Shown here piece after piece: positions 27,926 to 37,888 of a stretch of DNA of 64,000 nucleotides (its first letter is position 1; each line of letters starts with the position of its first letter). The notes beneath the pieces were generated by a model, which made no database searches, was not told the DNA's origin, and worked only from the letters and a program-made list of their open reading frames with translations. Where the stretch lies: sequence record MN342150. The stretch is one strand, 5' to 3'. A program made the translations under genes and the position numbers. The DNA is from Escherichia phage vB_EcoM_3HA11.

Positions 27926-28366
27926 ATGTCAAAAGAAAAATACATATTCATCAGCCCCGCTACGAAGGAGTTCTTCATCTCCGACGTGAAAGATCGTGTT
28001 GAGAAGTTCCGCTACATGCGCAGCTATGGTCTGGCATCCGGTGATATTGATTATCAGTCACTGGACAATGATCGCCAAGATCTGATCGACGATGGTTGGC
28101 GTTTAGTTCCGTCCCCTCAGTACATTCATATCACGTTGTACTATATGAAGGACAGCGGGAAGTTCTATTCCGAAGGTGAACTCGTACTCAATCGAGGAGA
28201 AGCAGAAGCCGAACCTGCCAAAACCTGGATGTTGGCAATGGATCAGATCCGTGAATTGCTGGACTCCGGTAATCTGCCTGGCCTGATCAAGGGTTCAAAA
28301 TTCGACGTGTTCGTTACTGGCCAGGGTCATCCTGGTGGATACCCACATCTGTTCCGTATTAACTGA
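27926..28366 (+). CDS. Hypothetical protein
   Basis: 146-aa ORF; no motif recognised. Confidence 0.35.
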   Translation: MSKEKYIFISPATKEFFISDVKDRVEKFRYMRSYGLASGDIDYQSLDNDRQDLIDDGWRLVPSPQYIHITLYYMKDSGKFYSEGELVLNRGEAEAEPAKTWMLAMDQIRELLDSGNLPGLIKGSKFDVFVTGQGHPGGYPHLFRIN

Positions 28367-28374
28367 GGTCAATT

Positions 28375-28749
28375 ATGAGCAATTTACCACTGCTTCAAGT
28401 CGGTGACGTATTCATTCTCACGGCAGAAATGACCGTTGAAACTCAGGTGCCAAAGCATTTCTTGTATTCTAATTGCAAGGGTGATTGGCAAATGGACTCT
28501 GGTTATATCACCCCTGAGGGATTCTTCGGTTACATGCAAGGACATTACGTCGTTACCAAAACAGCCCTACAAGGCGGTAGCACTGGTCATGATCCATACC
28601 CTGACGGCCATCATGTTTGGGCGCAGCATACCGAAAATGAACGCATCAGAATCTGTTTCTATCAGACAGGTAGTTTCAGGAATATGCACCGGAATGTTCC
28701 AGTAGTCGGAAAGGCTAAGGCGCAAACATGGACTTGGGAGAAATTATGA
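28375..28749 (+). CDS. Hypothetical protein
   Basis: 124-aa ORF. Confidence 0.35.
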   Translation: MSNLPLLQVGDVFILTAEMTVETQVPKHFLYSNCKGDWQMDSGYITPEGFFGYMQGHYVVTKTALQGGSTGHDPYPDGHHVWAQHTENERIRICFYQTGSFRNMHRNVPVVGKAKAQTWTWEKL

Positions 28750-28982
28750 AAATCAAAAAGATAGGCGCAAGCCCATTGACGGGAACAATCTTCCAGGGTA
28801 CTTTGAACACCAAGACCAGTATGTGGGTCGGTGAGAAGACTGATGTGACTAACGACTGTGTAGCGGCTACGGCTGAACACATGCGTCACATCAAGAAAGA
28901 CTACTGCTTCCCTACTAAAGACGGCAAGTTCCTGGTGCTGAGCGCTGAGGTTCACGATACCCTTCCTGATCGCTTCAAATAA
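28746..28982 (+). CDS. Hypothetical protein
   Basis: ATGA start/stop overlap with the previous gene. Confidence 0.3.
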   Translation: MKIKKIGASPLTGTIFQGTLNTKTSMWVGEKTDVTNDCVAATAEHMRHIKKDYCFPTKDGKFLVLSAEVHDTLPDRFK

Positions 28983-29007
28983 ATTTAAAATTTATTCAAT
29001 AAACGGG

Positions 29008-29036
29008 GTTTACTTCTTCAATAAACCCCGTATACT
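29008..29036 (+). promoter_or_regulatory. Sigma70-type early-promoter candidate (-35 GTTTAC, 17-bp spacer, -10 TATACT)
   Basis: GTTTAC matches the -35 consensus recalled for T4 early promoters; 50 nt upstream of the ATG at 29086. Confidence 0.35.
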
Positions 29037-29085
29037 TCATTCCATAAGCAGCACAATACTGACTCTGAAATGAAGGAAATATATC

Positions 29086-29352
29086 ATGGCACGTTCAATC
29101 CACGATTTTAAAGACTCCGATATCCTGGCTTTCATTATGGATGGTCGCATGGTAGTTGTAAATGACGGTAACGACCGCCACAACACTACTCTGGTGATGA
29201 ACAACGAAGTTGTTTACAGCAACACCCGCGAAGGCATGATTAAGATGCTTCAGAATCCTCATCGCTTCGGCGACAAAATGCACAAAGATTACAAAAGCCG
29301 CTGCCCAATGCTGGCACAACGCCTGGCCTGGGCAATGCAAAACGCCGCCTGA
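29086..29352 (+). CDS. Hypothetical protein
   Basis: 88-aa ORF. Confidence 0.35.
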   Translation: MARSIHDFKDSDILAFIMDGRMVVVNDGNDRHNTTLVMNNEVVYSNTREGMIKMLQNPHRFGDKMHKDYKSRCPMLAQRLAWAMQNAA

Positions 29353-29399
29353 TCAACAAGCCCCTGCAGGGGCTTCCCCAAATTTGAAGGAACTATATC

Positions 29400-29729
29400 A
29401 TGACTTTTAAAGGCTTCGTGGCATTTGACGCCACCAAAACAAACGTACTCAGCAACCCACAGCTGGAAACCATCACTGAAATGCGCCAGTGGGTGATGAA
29501 AATCACTGGCCACCAAACTCGCAAAGACCTGGAGGCCGAGTTCTATATCGAACCTGCCGAGGTTTACTTCAACCGTCCTGTTGACGAACCGTTCATTCGT
29601 CAAGATCTTGACGATAACGATATCACGCTGTCTGTGTTCTCTGAAGCCAAGGCTGATATGATCGTAGACGGTCTGTGTGACGAGTCCTTCACATACGATG
29701 AATACTGTGATCAGTGCCAAGACCTGTGA
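29400..29729 (+). CDS. Hypothetical acidic protein
   Basis: 109-aa ORF. Confidence 0.35.
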   Translation: MTFKGFVAFDATKTNVLSNPQLETITEMRQWVMKITGHQTRKDLEAEFYIEPAEVYFNRPVDEPFIRQDLDDNDITLSVFSEAKADMIVDGLCDESFTYDEYCDQCQDL

Positions 29730-29798
29730 TTTGTTCTAAACCTTTGAACGAGGTATGTTAAGCGCATACCCTATCCCTTACAAATAGAGGACTTTATC

Positions 29799-30119
29799 AT
29801 GGCAGTAAGATCGGTTGAAATCTCGAAGGTGGTGCGTCGCGGAACCCGTAAACCCCGCGCGGGGCGTCATCTGAACACCAAACTGGATCTTCTGAAACAG
29901 AAGTTCGGCGGCCACAGTGTGTTTACCCGTATCCGCAACGCATTAAAGGAAGGGCGAACCGAGTTGGAGCTATATCGTCCGAACGGTTCGACTCGAGCGT
30001 ATCAGACCACCGACGGTTTGCTGGAACTGATCCGCCTATCAGGGATGAACATAGAACCCCGTTCATCAGGAACCCCGCTATGCAGCCTGTACGTCATCAG
30101 CAATCTTGGGGCGCTGTGA
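29799..30119 (+). CDS. Hypothetical basic protein
   Basis: 106-aa ORF. Confidence 0.3.
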   Translation: MAVRSVEISKVVRRGTRKPRAGRHLNTKLDLLKQKFGGHSVFTRIRNALKEGRTELELYRPNGSTRAYQTTDGLLELIRLSGMNIEPRSSGTPLCSLYVISNLGAL

Positions 30120-30124
30120 GTTCT

Positions 30125-30547
30125 ATGAAGAAGTATATCGTTCTTATAACGGGTTCCCGTTCTATAACTGAGCGGGACAAAATATTTGCCAAATTAGATG
30201 AACTCTTAATCCCTCACGAGATAGAGACGTTTATTGAAGGTGAAGCAGTGGGTGTGGATCTGATATCCCGTGATTGGTGTGAAATCAATTATGTGCATAT
30301 CACACCAATGCCGATTCCTCAAAATTACCATACGTTATATGGGAAAGGTGCGGGCAATCAACGTAACAAAGATATGCTGGACAAGGCTCTAACATTGGCG
30401 AAGCAAAAAGATCTTGAGGTCTTTGGAATTGCATTATGGGATGGTTCGTCTACTGGGACGCAAGACATGATCAAGCGCATGAAGAAAGCGGGAATAAATG
30501 TCAATATCACTCTCATGGGCAAACCCAAAACCAAACGATTGTTATAA
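30125..30547 (+). CDS. SLOG/DUF2493-like Rossmann-fold protein (tentative)
   Basis: N-terminal KKYIVLITGSRSI and later GEAVGVD resemble the GSR..GxD signature of LOG/DprA-like SLOG domains. Confidence 0.3.
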   Translation: MKKYIVLITGSRSITERDKIFAKLDELLIPHEIETFIEGEAVGVDLISRDWCEINYVHITPMPIPQNYHTLYGKGAGNQRNKDMLDKALTLAKQKDLEVFGIALWDGSSTGTQDMIKRMKKAGINVNITLMGKPKTKRLL

Positions 30548-30577
30548 ATAAATTTGCCACCCATGAGGAGTTATACC

Positions 30578-30748
30578 ATGTTACAAATACTGTTGGTGCT
30601 TTGTGTCGCATTTACCATGTACTTCATGGCACGCATCGGTTTTATTACTTTAGATGACATGAAGGGTATCCCACGTGAACCCAAATTCATCTTTCTGAAG
30701 AAGTTTGCCAAAAAGTTCTCAGAAAACTTTATTTATCATCTACCATGA
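30578..30748 (+). CDS. Small membrane protein
   Basis: Start after GAGGAG; hydrophobic helix LQILLVLCVAFTMYFMARIGFI. Confidence 0.3.
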   Translation: MLQILLVLCVAFTMYFMARIGFITLDDMKGIPREPKFIFLKKFAKKFSENFIYHLP

Positions 30749-30773
30749 TTAAATACCCCCAAAATTGGGGGTA
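30749..30773 (+). promoter_or_regulatory. Late-promoter-like box TTAAATAC with downstream hairpin taccccc-aaaatt-gggggta
   Basis: Same promoter-plus-leader-hairpin architecture as upstream of the tailspike genes; ATG at 30779. Confidence 0.35.
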
Positions 30774-30778
30774 TTTTT

Positions 30779-31507
30779 ATGAACGCACAAATCTATGATG
30801 TCCTTTCCTCGGGCAATGCATTTAGCAATCCGCTTCCATCCCTCTCCGGTCCTTCTCAGGATTTAATAACCAGTGGCATCACCAATATACCATTGATAAC
30901 TGCCAACGCTACTCCGGAGATGCAGGCGGCTATGGCAGCTGGTGGACTAACACCAGAAAAACTCACAGCAGCCAGCACCATGTATAGCACCGCCAACACA
31001 GGGATAACAACTCTGAACACATATGGCGACCAAAGTATCAATGACGCGTATTCTCGCATCGGTACTTCCGTGTCATACAAATCAGGTCTAAAGGGTATAT
31101 CACGAGAGCCAAACAATTGTGATTTGATCAACAAGGCTTTTGGCGTTGTTCAGGATTTAGGACGCCAATGGCTGAATGCTATGGAAGGCGCTCTACAGAC
31201 CGTAACAAACAAGATATCGGAATTGTATGAGATGATCATGGAAGGTGCCTCAGAAGGAATGGCAAAGCTGCAAGAATTGGCTGCAGAAGTAACGGGACAC
31301 ATCAATACTGCGATAACCGCAGTCAACGGGGTTATAAGTGATATTACAGATGGTATAGCCGCAGAACTTGCTCACATTGAAAGTATGATCAAAGAGTGCT
31401 TGAATTTCTCTTTTGCTAACGTGCTCGGGGAATGGGCTAAAGATCTGTGCGCCGGAGGTGTTATTGACAAAATAGGGACTCCAGCATTAAAAGAATCCCT
31501 GAAATAA
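30779..31507 (+). CDS. Hypothetical protein (Ala/Thr/Gly-rich)
   Basis: 242-aa ORF; no motif recognised. Confidence 0.4.
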   Translation: MNAQIYDVLSSGNAFSNPLPSLSGPSQDLITSGITNIPLITANATPEMQAAMAAGGLTPEKLTAASTMYSTANTGITTLNTYGDQSINDAYSRIGTSVSYKSGLKGISREPNNCDLINKAFGVVQDLGRQWLNAMEGALQTVTNKISELYEMIMEGASEGMAKLQELAAEVTGHINTAITAVNGVISDITDGIAAELAHIESMIKECLNFSFANVLGEWAKDLCAGGVIDKIGTPALKESLK

Positions 31508-31508
31508 A

Positions 31509-32129
31509 TCAATGACGAGCAGGGAGGACTCCCACTGGTTCGATGCCTTCGATCATCAGGGAGTCCACTCCAACATCGCTCAGGCGAATCCAAACCTTAC
31601 CCCCTGGCCTTATCTCATATATGTTCATCTCGTTTCCAACAGCAGACCCATTCACAAAAACGCCTTGAGTAGCAATCCGAATAGGCGTTTTGGTGTTGTT
31701 GATTATCTGAAAAGATATCGTGATATCCCTTGTCAATTCCACATTTCTTGCTGTTGTATATCTCCTCAATTTTTCAAAGAAAGATGGATTGAATGTGGCT
31801 ATGATGCTGTTGTTTTGTGAGTAGTAAATACTGGCAGACAGATAAGGGATTTTTCCCTCATCACCTTTCCTCAATAGAGGGATCGTGGTTTTCCAGTACG
31901 GTCTCAACGCCTGGTTGTTATCATCAAAACAACCGACGGCTTGTATGGTTTGGAAATTCTGGAAGTCTACCACAACTTGATCCAGTAACTTTTTATTACA
32001 TTTGTCGACATCAGCAGAAATATTGACTGGTATAGTTCTGATTTCAGGATCCCAAAGATCGGTGACAGAAATCACGGACGTGACAAAGATACGGCAGCTT
32101 GTAAGTACAAGCACCATTATCATCGTCAT
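31509..32129 (-). CDS. Putative lipoprotein on the opposite strand
   Basis: Minus-strand ORF spanning a region where the + strand has only three short abutting ORFs; start placed at MTMIMVLVLTSC, giving a signal peptide with lipobox-like LTSC. Confidence 0.45.
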   Translation of the reverse strand: MTMIMVLVLTSCRIFVTSVISVTDLWDPEIRTIPVNISADVDKCNKKLLDQVVVDFQNFQTIQAVGCFDDNNQALRPYWKTTIPLLRKGDEGKIPYLSASIYYSQNNSIIATFNPSFFEKLRRYTTARNVELTRDITISFQIINNTKTPIRIATQGVFVNGSAVGNEMNIYEIRPGGKVWIRLSDVGVDSLMIEGIEPVGVLPARH

Positions 32130-32192
32130 GATCCATTTTCTGAATCCGCGTATCAGGAACACTAAAACGTTCTCCACAGCAAAGGTGCTAAC

Positions 32193-32690
32193 ATGACAGG
32201 TGTACAATTCAAAAACGAAAATCCTAATTTCGCGGCTTCCGATAAATGGCGCTTAACCATCGGAGACCTGGTGCTGCTAACCCGTTCGATACATGACTTC
32301 AGTATCCCTGGCGTGTATTCCGAAGGTATCGAAGGCCCATCCCCTGGCGATGTCCTAAACTCTATACCTTCAGAACGTCTCACGTATGACCCCATCGTAT
32401 TTACGTTCGTTATCGATGAGAGTTGGTACAACTGGGAACAGATTTACAATTGGATCGCTTCGAACGCGGGTTCAGATTTAGCCGTCAGTAGAGATATTAC
32501 GATTGAACTTTTAGACAACATGAACCGTCCTGTTGGGCTTCAGTTGCTTCTAGAAGAAGGGCGACCAACAGCGCTAGACAACGTGTTGGTTGACGTGGAT
32601 GCATCGGTTCCTCAGTTGGTCACAACGGTGACATTCAAATATCTGAAACTGACTCCGACCCGCGTAACCCGCGAAATTGATAAACAATAA
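32193..32690 (+). CDS. Hypothetical protein
   Basis: 165-aa ORF. Confidence 0.4.
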   Translation: MTGVQFKNENPNFAASDKWRLTIGDLVLLTRSIHDFSIPGVYSEGIEGPSPGDVLNSIPSERLTYDPIVFTFVIDESWYNWEQIYNWIASNAGSDLAVSRDITIELLDNMNRPVGLQLLLEEGRPTALDNVLVDVDASVPQLVTTVTFKYLKLTPTRVTREIDKQ

Positions 32691-32728
32691 GTTATAATAC
32701 AGAGAGTTGAAACAGCAGGAAATAAATC

Positions 32729-33184
32729 ATGAGTGAAACAAAATTTGAAACAATGAAGACCGAAGATATAATCGCGGAATTAGATCCTCTTATTTCGGTG
32801 AATCCTGAAGACATGAATTTAGACCAAATATCATTGAAAATTGGTCGTTCATGGATGGCTGTCCAGCGCCATTACATTCGTGAAGGGCGTTATCTAGAAT
32901 TTTTGACAGGAAAATTCCGTCAAATCGATCTTTATTTACGTCGGTATTATGCAGGGGAATTACCACCCAATATTTATGTCGAACGTCCCCTGAAAGTTCG
33001 CCCCCTGAAATCTGATATAGACGTTTGGGTAAAGGCTGATGACGATTACATTGAGTTATCGAGCATGTTGCAAGAACAAAAAGCCAAAGTAAAATTAATC
33101 GAAAGTAGTTTAGAACGTTTGAATAAACTCGGCTATGAAGTGAAAAATGCGATTGATTGGCGAAAATATTTGGACGGTATGTGA
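32729..33184 (+). CDS. uvsY: Recombination mediator, UvsY-like (tentative)
   Basis: 151 aa; segments YLRRYYAGE and LGYEVKNAIDWRKY resemble recalled T4 UvsY (RLDYYSG ... SRGFAIKHIQDMRAF); lies next to uvsW as in T4. Confidence 0.4.
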   Translation: MSETKFETMKTEDIIAELDPLISVNPEDMNLDQISLKIGRSWMAVQRHYIREGRYLEFLTGKFRQIDLYLRRYYAGELPPNIYVERPLKVRPLKSDIDVWVKADDDYIELSSMLQEQKAKVKLIESSLERLNKLGYEVKNAIDWRKYLDGM

Positions 33185-33930
33185 TGGTTTCCCTGCAGGC
33201 TTTGCGTAAACTCAATGATTTTGAGAACCGCCATTACACATTTCAGCAGTATGCCTTGCCCTTTAAGGAACTGACTTGTGTAACAACGGAAAACGGTCGC
33301 CATTATGTGTCTCCAACAGGCGTCAAACTCACATCTGTAACAACGATGTTGGGGCGTACCGGAGATCATACATGGTTAGAAGCCTGGCGGGACAAGTTGG
33401 GACACGAAGCCGCCGATATCGAAACAGAGCGTTGCGCAGACCGTGGGGAAAAACTTCATTTGGCCTGTGAATTATATCTCAAAAACAGGCCGATGAAGGA
33501 AGTGTTAGAAGCCGCAGGGGAATACGTGTTTATGTTTAAACAGGTCTTCCCCTACCTGAACAAAATGAGCAAGATATACGCACAGGAGATTCCGTTATAT
33601 AGCGAAGTCCTTGGTCTTGCTGGTCGTGTTGATCTCATCGGCGTTTACGAGGGAATCCCTAGCATTATCGATTTCAAAACATCCAACACCCTGAAAACTC
33701 GGAGCATGATAGAAGATTACAGCATTCAACTATGCCTGTACTCAGTCATGTTTCAACAGATGTTTAATGTTAAGATCGAACGTTTGGTCAATATTATATC
33801 TAACGAAAATTCTCTTGTCCCGACTATAATCGAATTTAATCGAAAAGACGTTATTTCTAAAATGTTTGATCGTGTTCGCCTGTATCATAAAATGGATAAA
33901 GAACAGAACGGGATCTGGGCGGATCGCTAA
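33184..33930 (+). CDS. PD-(D/E)XK superfamily nuclease
   Basis: Motif RVDLIGVY..(8 aa)..IIDFKTS fits the D..(D/E)XK catalytic core (YqaJ/RecB-like); TGATG start/stop overlap with upstream gene. Confidence 0.5.
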   Translation: MVSLQALRKLNDFENRHYTFQQYALPFKELTCVTTENGRHYVSPTGVKLTSVTTMLGRTGDHTWLEAWRDKLGHEAADIETERCADRGEKLHLACELYLKNRPMKEVLEAAGEYVFMFKQVFPYLNKMSKIYAQEIPLYSEVLGLAGRVDLIGVYEGIPSIIDFKTSNTLKTRSMIEDYSIQLCLYSVMFQQMFNVKIERLVNIISNENSLVPTIIEFNRKDVISKMFDRVRLYHKMDKEQNGIWADR

Positions 33931-33958
33931 ATACTCCATAATATTGGGGGAATTAGTG

Positions 33959-35464
33959 ATGTCAGAAATTCAAATAATCAAAGTTAACGAAGTTAGAATG
34001 CGGATCCTTGCCGAGGACTATATCCGTGAAGAACTCAACGATTATTTCAAATTTGAAGATCCTAATTTCCAACCAAATCCATTCAGTAAATGGGACGGCG
34101 TGGTACGCTTGTTCACAAAGAGTTCTGGTCTTATAGACATCGGTCTGTTGTTTGAGGTGTTTAAGTTCTGTAAGATGAATGGTTACACCATCAAATTAGA
34201 TCCCGCCTTAAAATATATCCAAGATATACCAGACGAAGAGATACATACATTTATCAATTCCCTGAACGCTGTTTACCGTGATGAAAACAAGCAATACCAA
34301 ATCGCAACAGTGCGTGACTATCAATTCGACTCAGTGGCCACAGCAATACGCCAATCCAGATGCGTGCTAGAAGCGGCTACGAGCGCGGGTAAATCGTTTA
34401 TTTTGTACATCATGGCGCGTTACTACAGGCAACGCAGAGAGGCACTGGAAAGCAATCTCAAGACGTTGATCGTTGTACCTTCCATTCACTTGGTGACTCA
34501 GTTGTATGACAACTTTGAGGAATACAGCCACGGGACAGATTGGAATCCGATGATGAATGTCCAGATGATATGTGAAGGTGCAACAAAGGATATATTCAAG
34601 CCCATAGTGATTTCCACTTGGCAGGGAATTCAGGATCAGCCCAAAGAATGGTTCCATCAATTTGGGGATATTGTTGTCGACGAAGTACACACATCTAAAT
34701 CTGAAAAGCTATCTTATATCCTGAACAACTGCATTAATGCTGACCAAAGATTGGGTGTAACCGGAACCCTCGCGAATACAAAGGTTGCAGGGTTGCAGGT
34801 CGTTGCCCATTTTGGAGCATACCATAAAATTATTACAGCACGTGATTTAATAAATCTTGGTTATGCCGCAGATATCCATGTCAACATGATTGAAGTCATA
34901 CATCCCATGGCGGATTGTATAGAAATGCATGGTGCTGAGTACCAAAAGGAAATAGAATTCCTCATAGCGAATGAACGTCGAAACGAGTTAATAGCCAGAA
35001 TGGCATTGTCTTTGAAAGGTAACGTGGCCGTTATGTTCGAACGCATTGACGCCCATATGATGATTGTTTATGAAATGCTTTCAGCCGTTAAGAAAAACGT
35101 ATTTGTCATTAACGGCGAAGTTAAGACAGAAGTTCGTAAACAAATTCAGGCAGCGATGGAAGAGGGTGAAGATATAACACTGCTGGCATCTTATGGGACC
35201 ATGCAACAGGGAGTGTCGATCAAAAAACTTCATCATTTGATATTGGCACACCCGAGTAAATCCTATATCCGTGTCATACAGACTTTAGGGCGTCTCATGC
35301 GCCAGCACTCTTCAAAGGATGTCGCCAAGATCTGGGATTTAGTAGACAACTTGCGTTACAATGGATTCTCGTACAACCATGCTCTCAGACATTCGCATGA
35401 GAGATATAAATTTTATCTTATGGAGCGACACCCTGTACAAATGAAGAAAGTGTCGCTCCAGTAA
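33959..35464 (+). CDS. uvsW: UvsW-like SF2 DNA helicase
   Basis: Walker A ATSAGKS, DEVH-like VVDEVH, and segment WQGIQDQPKEWFHQFG matching recalled T4 UvsW WQTVVKQPKEWFSQFG. Confidence 0.85.
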   Translation: MSEIQIIKVNEVRMRILAEDYIREELNDYFKFEDPNFQPNPFSKWDGVVRLFTKSSGLIDIGLLFEVFKFCKMNGYTIKLDPALKYIQDIPDEEIHTFINSLNAVYRDENKQYQIATVRDYQFDSVATAIRQSRCVLEAATSAGKSFILYIMARYYRQRREALESNLKTLIVVPSIHLVTQLYDNFEEYSHGTDWNPMMNVQMICEGATKDIFKPIVISTWQGIQDQPKEWFHQFGDIVVDEVHTSKSEKLSYILNNCINADQRLGVTGTLANTKVAGLQVVAHFGAYHKIITARDLINLGYAADIHVNMIEVIHPMADCIEMHGAEYQKEIEFLIANERRNELIARMALSLKGNVAVMFERIDAHMMIVYEMLSAVKKNVFVINGEVKTEVRKQIQAAMEEGEDITLLASYGTMQQGVSIKKLHHLILAHPSKSYIRVIQTLGRLMRQHSSKDVAKIWDLVDNLRYNGFSYNHALRHSHERYKFYLMERHPVQMKKVSLQ

Positions 35465-35465
35465 T

Positions 35466-35810
35466 TCATTTGTCTTGGTTCACATAGGCGGGGGTCGCCT
35501 CGCCTTCTTTGTCAGAACCGAATAAACAACCCATCGTGCTGATGCATTGTTGTAGAACTTCTGGATCCAGAATCTGGCACAACAGTTGTTCATTACATTC
35601 CAGCAATGGGACAACTTTCACTTCCCGCGCCTGTCCTTGTTGAATAATGCCGACATATAGACCTTTGGTGTCTGGCAGTAACGGGATCACCATCATTGGT
35701 GTCACAACAAACTTAGAAGTGCAATAGAGGCTGTGTAAGTAAACACCTTTCAATGCCGGACATGCTTCTTGTTCTTCCCCTACTGCATATAAACCCACGA
35801 ATTGTTTCAT
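35466..35810 (-). CDS. Hypothetical Cys-rich protein
   Basis: 114-aa ORF convergent with uvsW with no terminator between; may be spurious. Confidence 0.3.
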   Translation of the reverse strand: MKQFVGLYAVGEEQEACPALKGVYLHSLYCTSKFVVTPMMVIPLLPDTKGLYVGIIQQGQAREVKVVPLLECNEQLLCQILDPEVLQQCISTMGCLFGSDKEGEATPAYVNQDK

Positions 35811-36145
35811 ATATTACTCTCTTGTTAGTAAACATGACTACATAATAATTTCATGCTGTGTTTAGACCAAATAAATTATTTTGCTAGTTGAATAAAAATC
35901 GCTTTCTTGTTGAACAAACCGTGCGTAATATACGAGTTGTGAGCTTTGCGAGCAACGAGTATTATCACGAGCGAAGCGAGTAGACTAATAAAGAAAGGTT
36001 TATTAAAACAGAATACTATAAATGCCGTCAGGCATTTATTTATCGCGCGTAGGGCATTTTAACACTTGTTCTATAACTGCAAACACGCGATACTAATTTG
36101 CGTCAAACATGACTTGAACCCCACTATATTTTGAGGATATAAACA
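35811..36145. promoter_or_regulatory. 335-bp AT-rich non-coding control region upstream of the sliding clamp gene
   Basis: Contains TATAAAT box near 36016, hairpin aaatgcc-gtca-ggcattt (36021..36037) and several CGAG-containing repeats (tacgag, gcgag, aacgag, cacgag, gcgaagcgag). Confidence 0.4.
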
Positions 36146-36814
36146 ATGCAAGAGATCACTCTCTCCGAACGCACTTTACAACTGCTGGCTAACTTTGAAA
36201 CCATCTGCCCCTCTATCGTTCTGGCACCTGGTAAAAAGCTGCGCACCGTTAACGATTCCAGTACAGTTATCGCTATCGCTGATATCGACGAAGACTTCCC
36301 GTTCGAATTCCCGATTCTGGATCTCACCAAACTGCTGGCAATCCAGCGTCTTCCGAGTTTCAAAGGCGGTAAAATTGAAATGTCAGAAGACCACATTTTG
36401 CTGAAAGGTGAAAACTCCCAACTGCAATTCTGGCGTTCCGCTAAAGAATTGACGGTCGTTCCAGCAGACAGCATTGATCTCCCGTCCGTTGAATTCGAAG
36501 CGACGGTCACTCCTGAAAAAATGAAAGAGCTAACCCGCGCCTGTTCTACTCTGGGACACAAAACTGTTCGTCTGGTTGCCAGCGGCGGTAAAACCCGTCT
36601 GGTCGGTACGACTACGACTATCGATAATTCCAACGATTACACCGTTGAATTGGGTGAAACTGCTCTGGCTGATTTCGCTATGCCTGTCGACGTTGTTAAC
36701 CTGAAAATGATCGAAGGCAACTATGTGATCCGCGCCTGTGCTGAAATGCAGCTTGTTAACTTCCAGTCGGCTGACGGCACCATCAACTACTACGTTGGCA
36801 TGCAGCTGGATTAA
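36146..36814 (+). CDS. Sliding clamp (gp45-like)
   Basis: 222 aa; size and position directly upstream of AAA+ clamp loader; acidic. Confidence 0.7.
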   Translation: MQEITLSERTLQLLANFETICPSIVLAPGKKLRTVNDSSTVIAIADIDEDFPFEFPILDLTKLLAIQRLPSFKGGKIEMSEDHILLKGENSQLQFWRSAKELTVVPADSIDLPSVEFEATVTPEKMKELTRACSTLGHKTVRLVASGGKTRLVGTTTTIDNSNDYTVELGETALADFAMPVDVVNLKMIEGNYVIRACAEMQLVNFQSADGTINYYVGMQLD

Positions 36815-36844
36815 TCAATATCGCTTCGGCGCTTTATTATCGGT

Positions 36845-36870
36845 GGCGGGGTTATTATCCCGCCCTTTGA
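36845..36870 (+). terminator. Terminator-like hairpin (ggcggg-gttattat-cccgcc + ctttg)
   Basis: 6-bp GC stem after clamp gene; weak T-tract, possibly an attenuator. Confidence 0.4.
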
Positions 36871-36894
36871 AATGTTTTATCTAAAGAGGCTGCA

Positions 36895-37884
36895 ATGTCC
36901 AACATTACTATCGTTACAGACCAATACGCGTGGGAAAACAAATATCGTCCTGATAATTTAGATGAGATCGTTCTCCCCTCAGACGTCCGTGCCAAGATCC
37001 ATGGTTATGTTACCTCTGGCAACGGAAACATCCCCTCTATGCTGTTCTACTCCCCTCAGCCTGGTACGGGTAAAACTACTTCTGCTCTGGCCGTGTGCAA
37101 TGAAATCGGTTGTGTGAAACCTCTGATGATCAACGCATCGCTTGACAACAGCATTGATGTGATTCGCGATCGTGTCATTCAATATGCTACTGGCGTCAGC
37201 GTTTTCGGCGGTCGGAAAGTCGTCATCCTCGACGAAGTTGAGCGTCTTTCTATGGCGGCTCAGGAATCATTGAAAGGTATCGTGGAAAAGGTTTCCAAGA
37301 ACTGCTCGTTTATCCTGACCACCAACGCCAAACAGCGTGTCAATGAGCCTCTGCGTTCTCGTTGCCGTGAAATTGATTTCATCTGGTCCGAAAAAGAAGC
37401 CGACGAAGTTAAACTTCAATTTATGCGTCGTTGTGCCACTATCCTGACAGAAGAAGGCATTCCATACGAAGCTGGTGTTATTGCGTCGATTGTCAAGTCG
37501 TATTTCCCCGACAACCGTAAGATTATGGGCACCCTTCAGGATAATGCCACCACGTTTGGTAAAATCGATGAACGTGCTTTAGCTCAGGTGAAAGCGGGTG
37601 AATTCCAGGCGTTGGTCGATTTCTTAAAGGCCAATGATTGGGCTGGTATGAAGCAATGGGTGACCGACAACCAAAACTACATCACAGAGGACTTCTACTC
37701 TCGTTTCTTCCATTTCTGTGTTCCACAGAACAAAGAGAAGAATCCTTTGATCCAGAACGAATCTATCCCAGATTTGGTCTGTGTTTGTGGTCAGTCACAG
37801 ATTGAACATCGTTCAGTTGGAGACGTCTGGTTACACGGCGTTTACTTCCTGACCAACGTCATGCTCAACATCAAGTGGAAGTGA
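36895..37884 (+). CDS. Clamp loader large subunit (gp44-like AAA+ ATPase)
   Basis: Walker A PQPGTGKTT; Walker B VVILDEV; 329 aa. Confidence 0.85.
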   Translation: MSNITIVTDQYAWENKYRPDNLDEIVLPSDVRAKIHGYVTSGNGNIPSMLFYSPQPGTGKTTSALAVCNEIGCVKPLMINASLDNSIDVIRDRVIQYATGVSVFGGRKVVILDEVERLSMAAQESLKGIVEKVSKNCSFILTTNAKQRVNEPLRSRCREIDFIWSEKEADEVKLQFMRRCATILTEEGIPYEAGVIASIVKSYFPDNRKIMGTLQDNATTFGKIDERALAQVKAGEFQALVDFLKANDWAGMKQWVTDNQNYITEDFYSRFFHFCVPQNKEKNPLIQNESIPDLVCVCGQSQIEHRSVGDVWLHGVYFLTNVMLNIKWK

Positions 37885-37888
37885 TATT

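Noticed and set aside
31512-32196. Three short abutting + strand ORFs (102, 69, 64 aa)
   Set aside because: Fragmented frames covering the same DNA as one continuous 232-aa - strand ORF with a signal peptide; the - strand gene is the more parsimonious call
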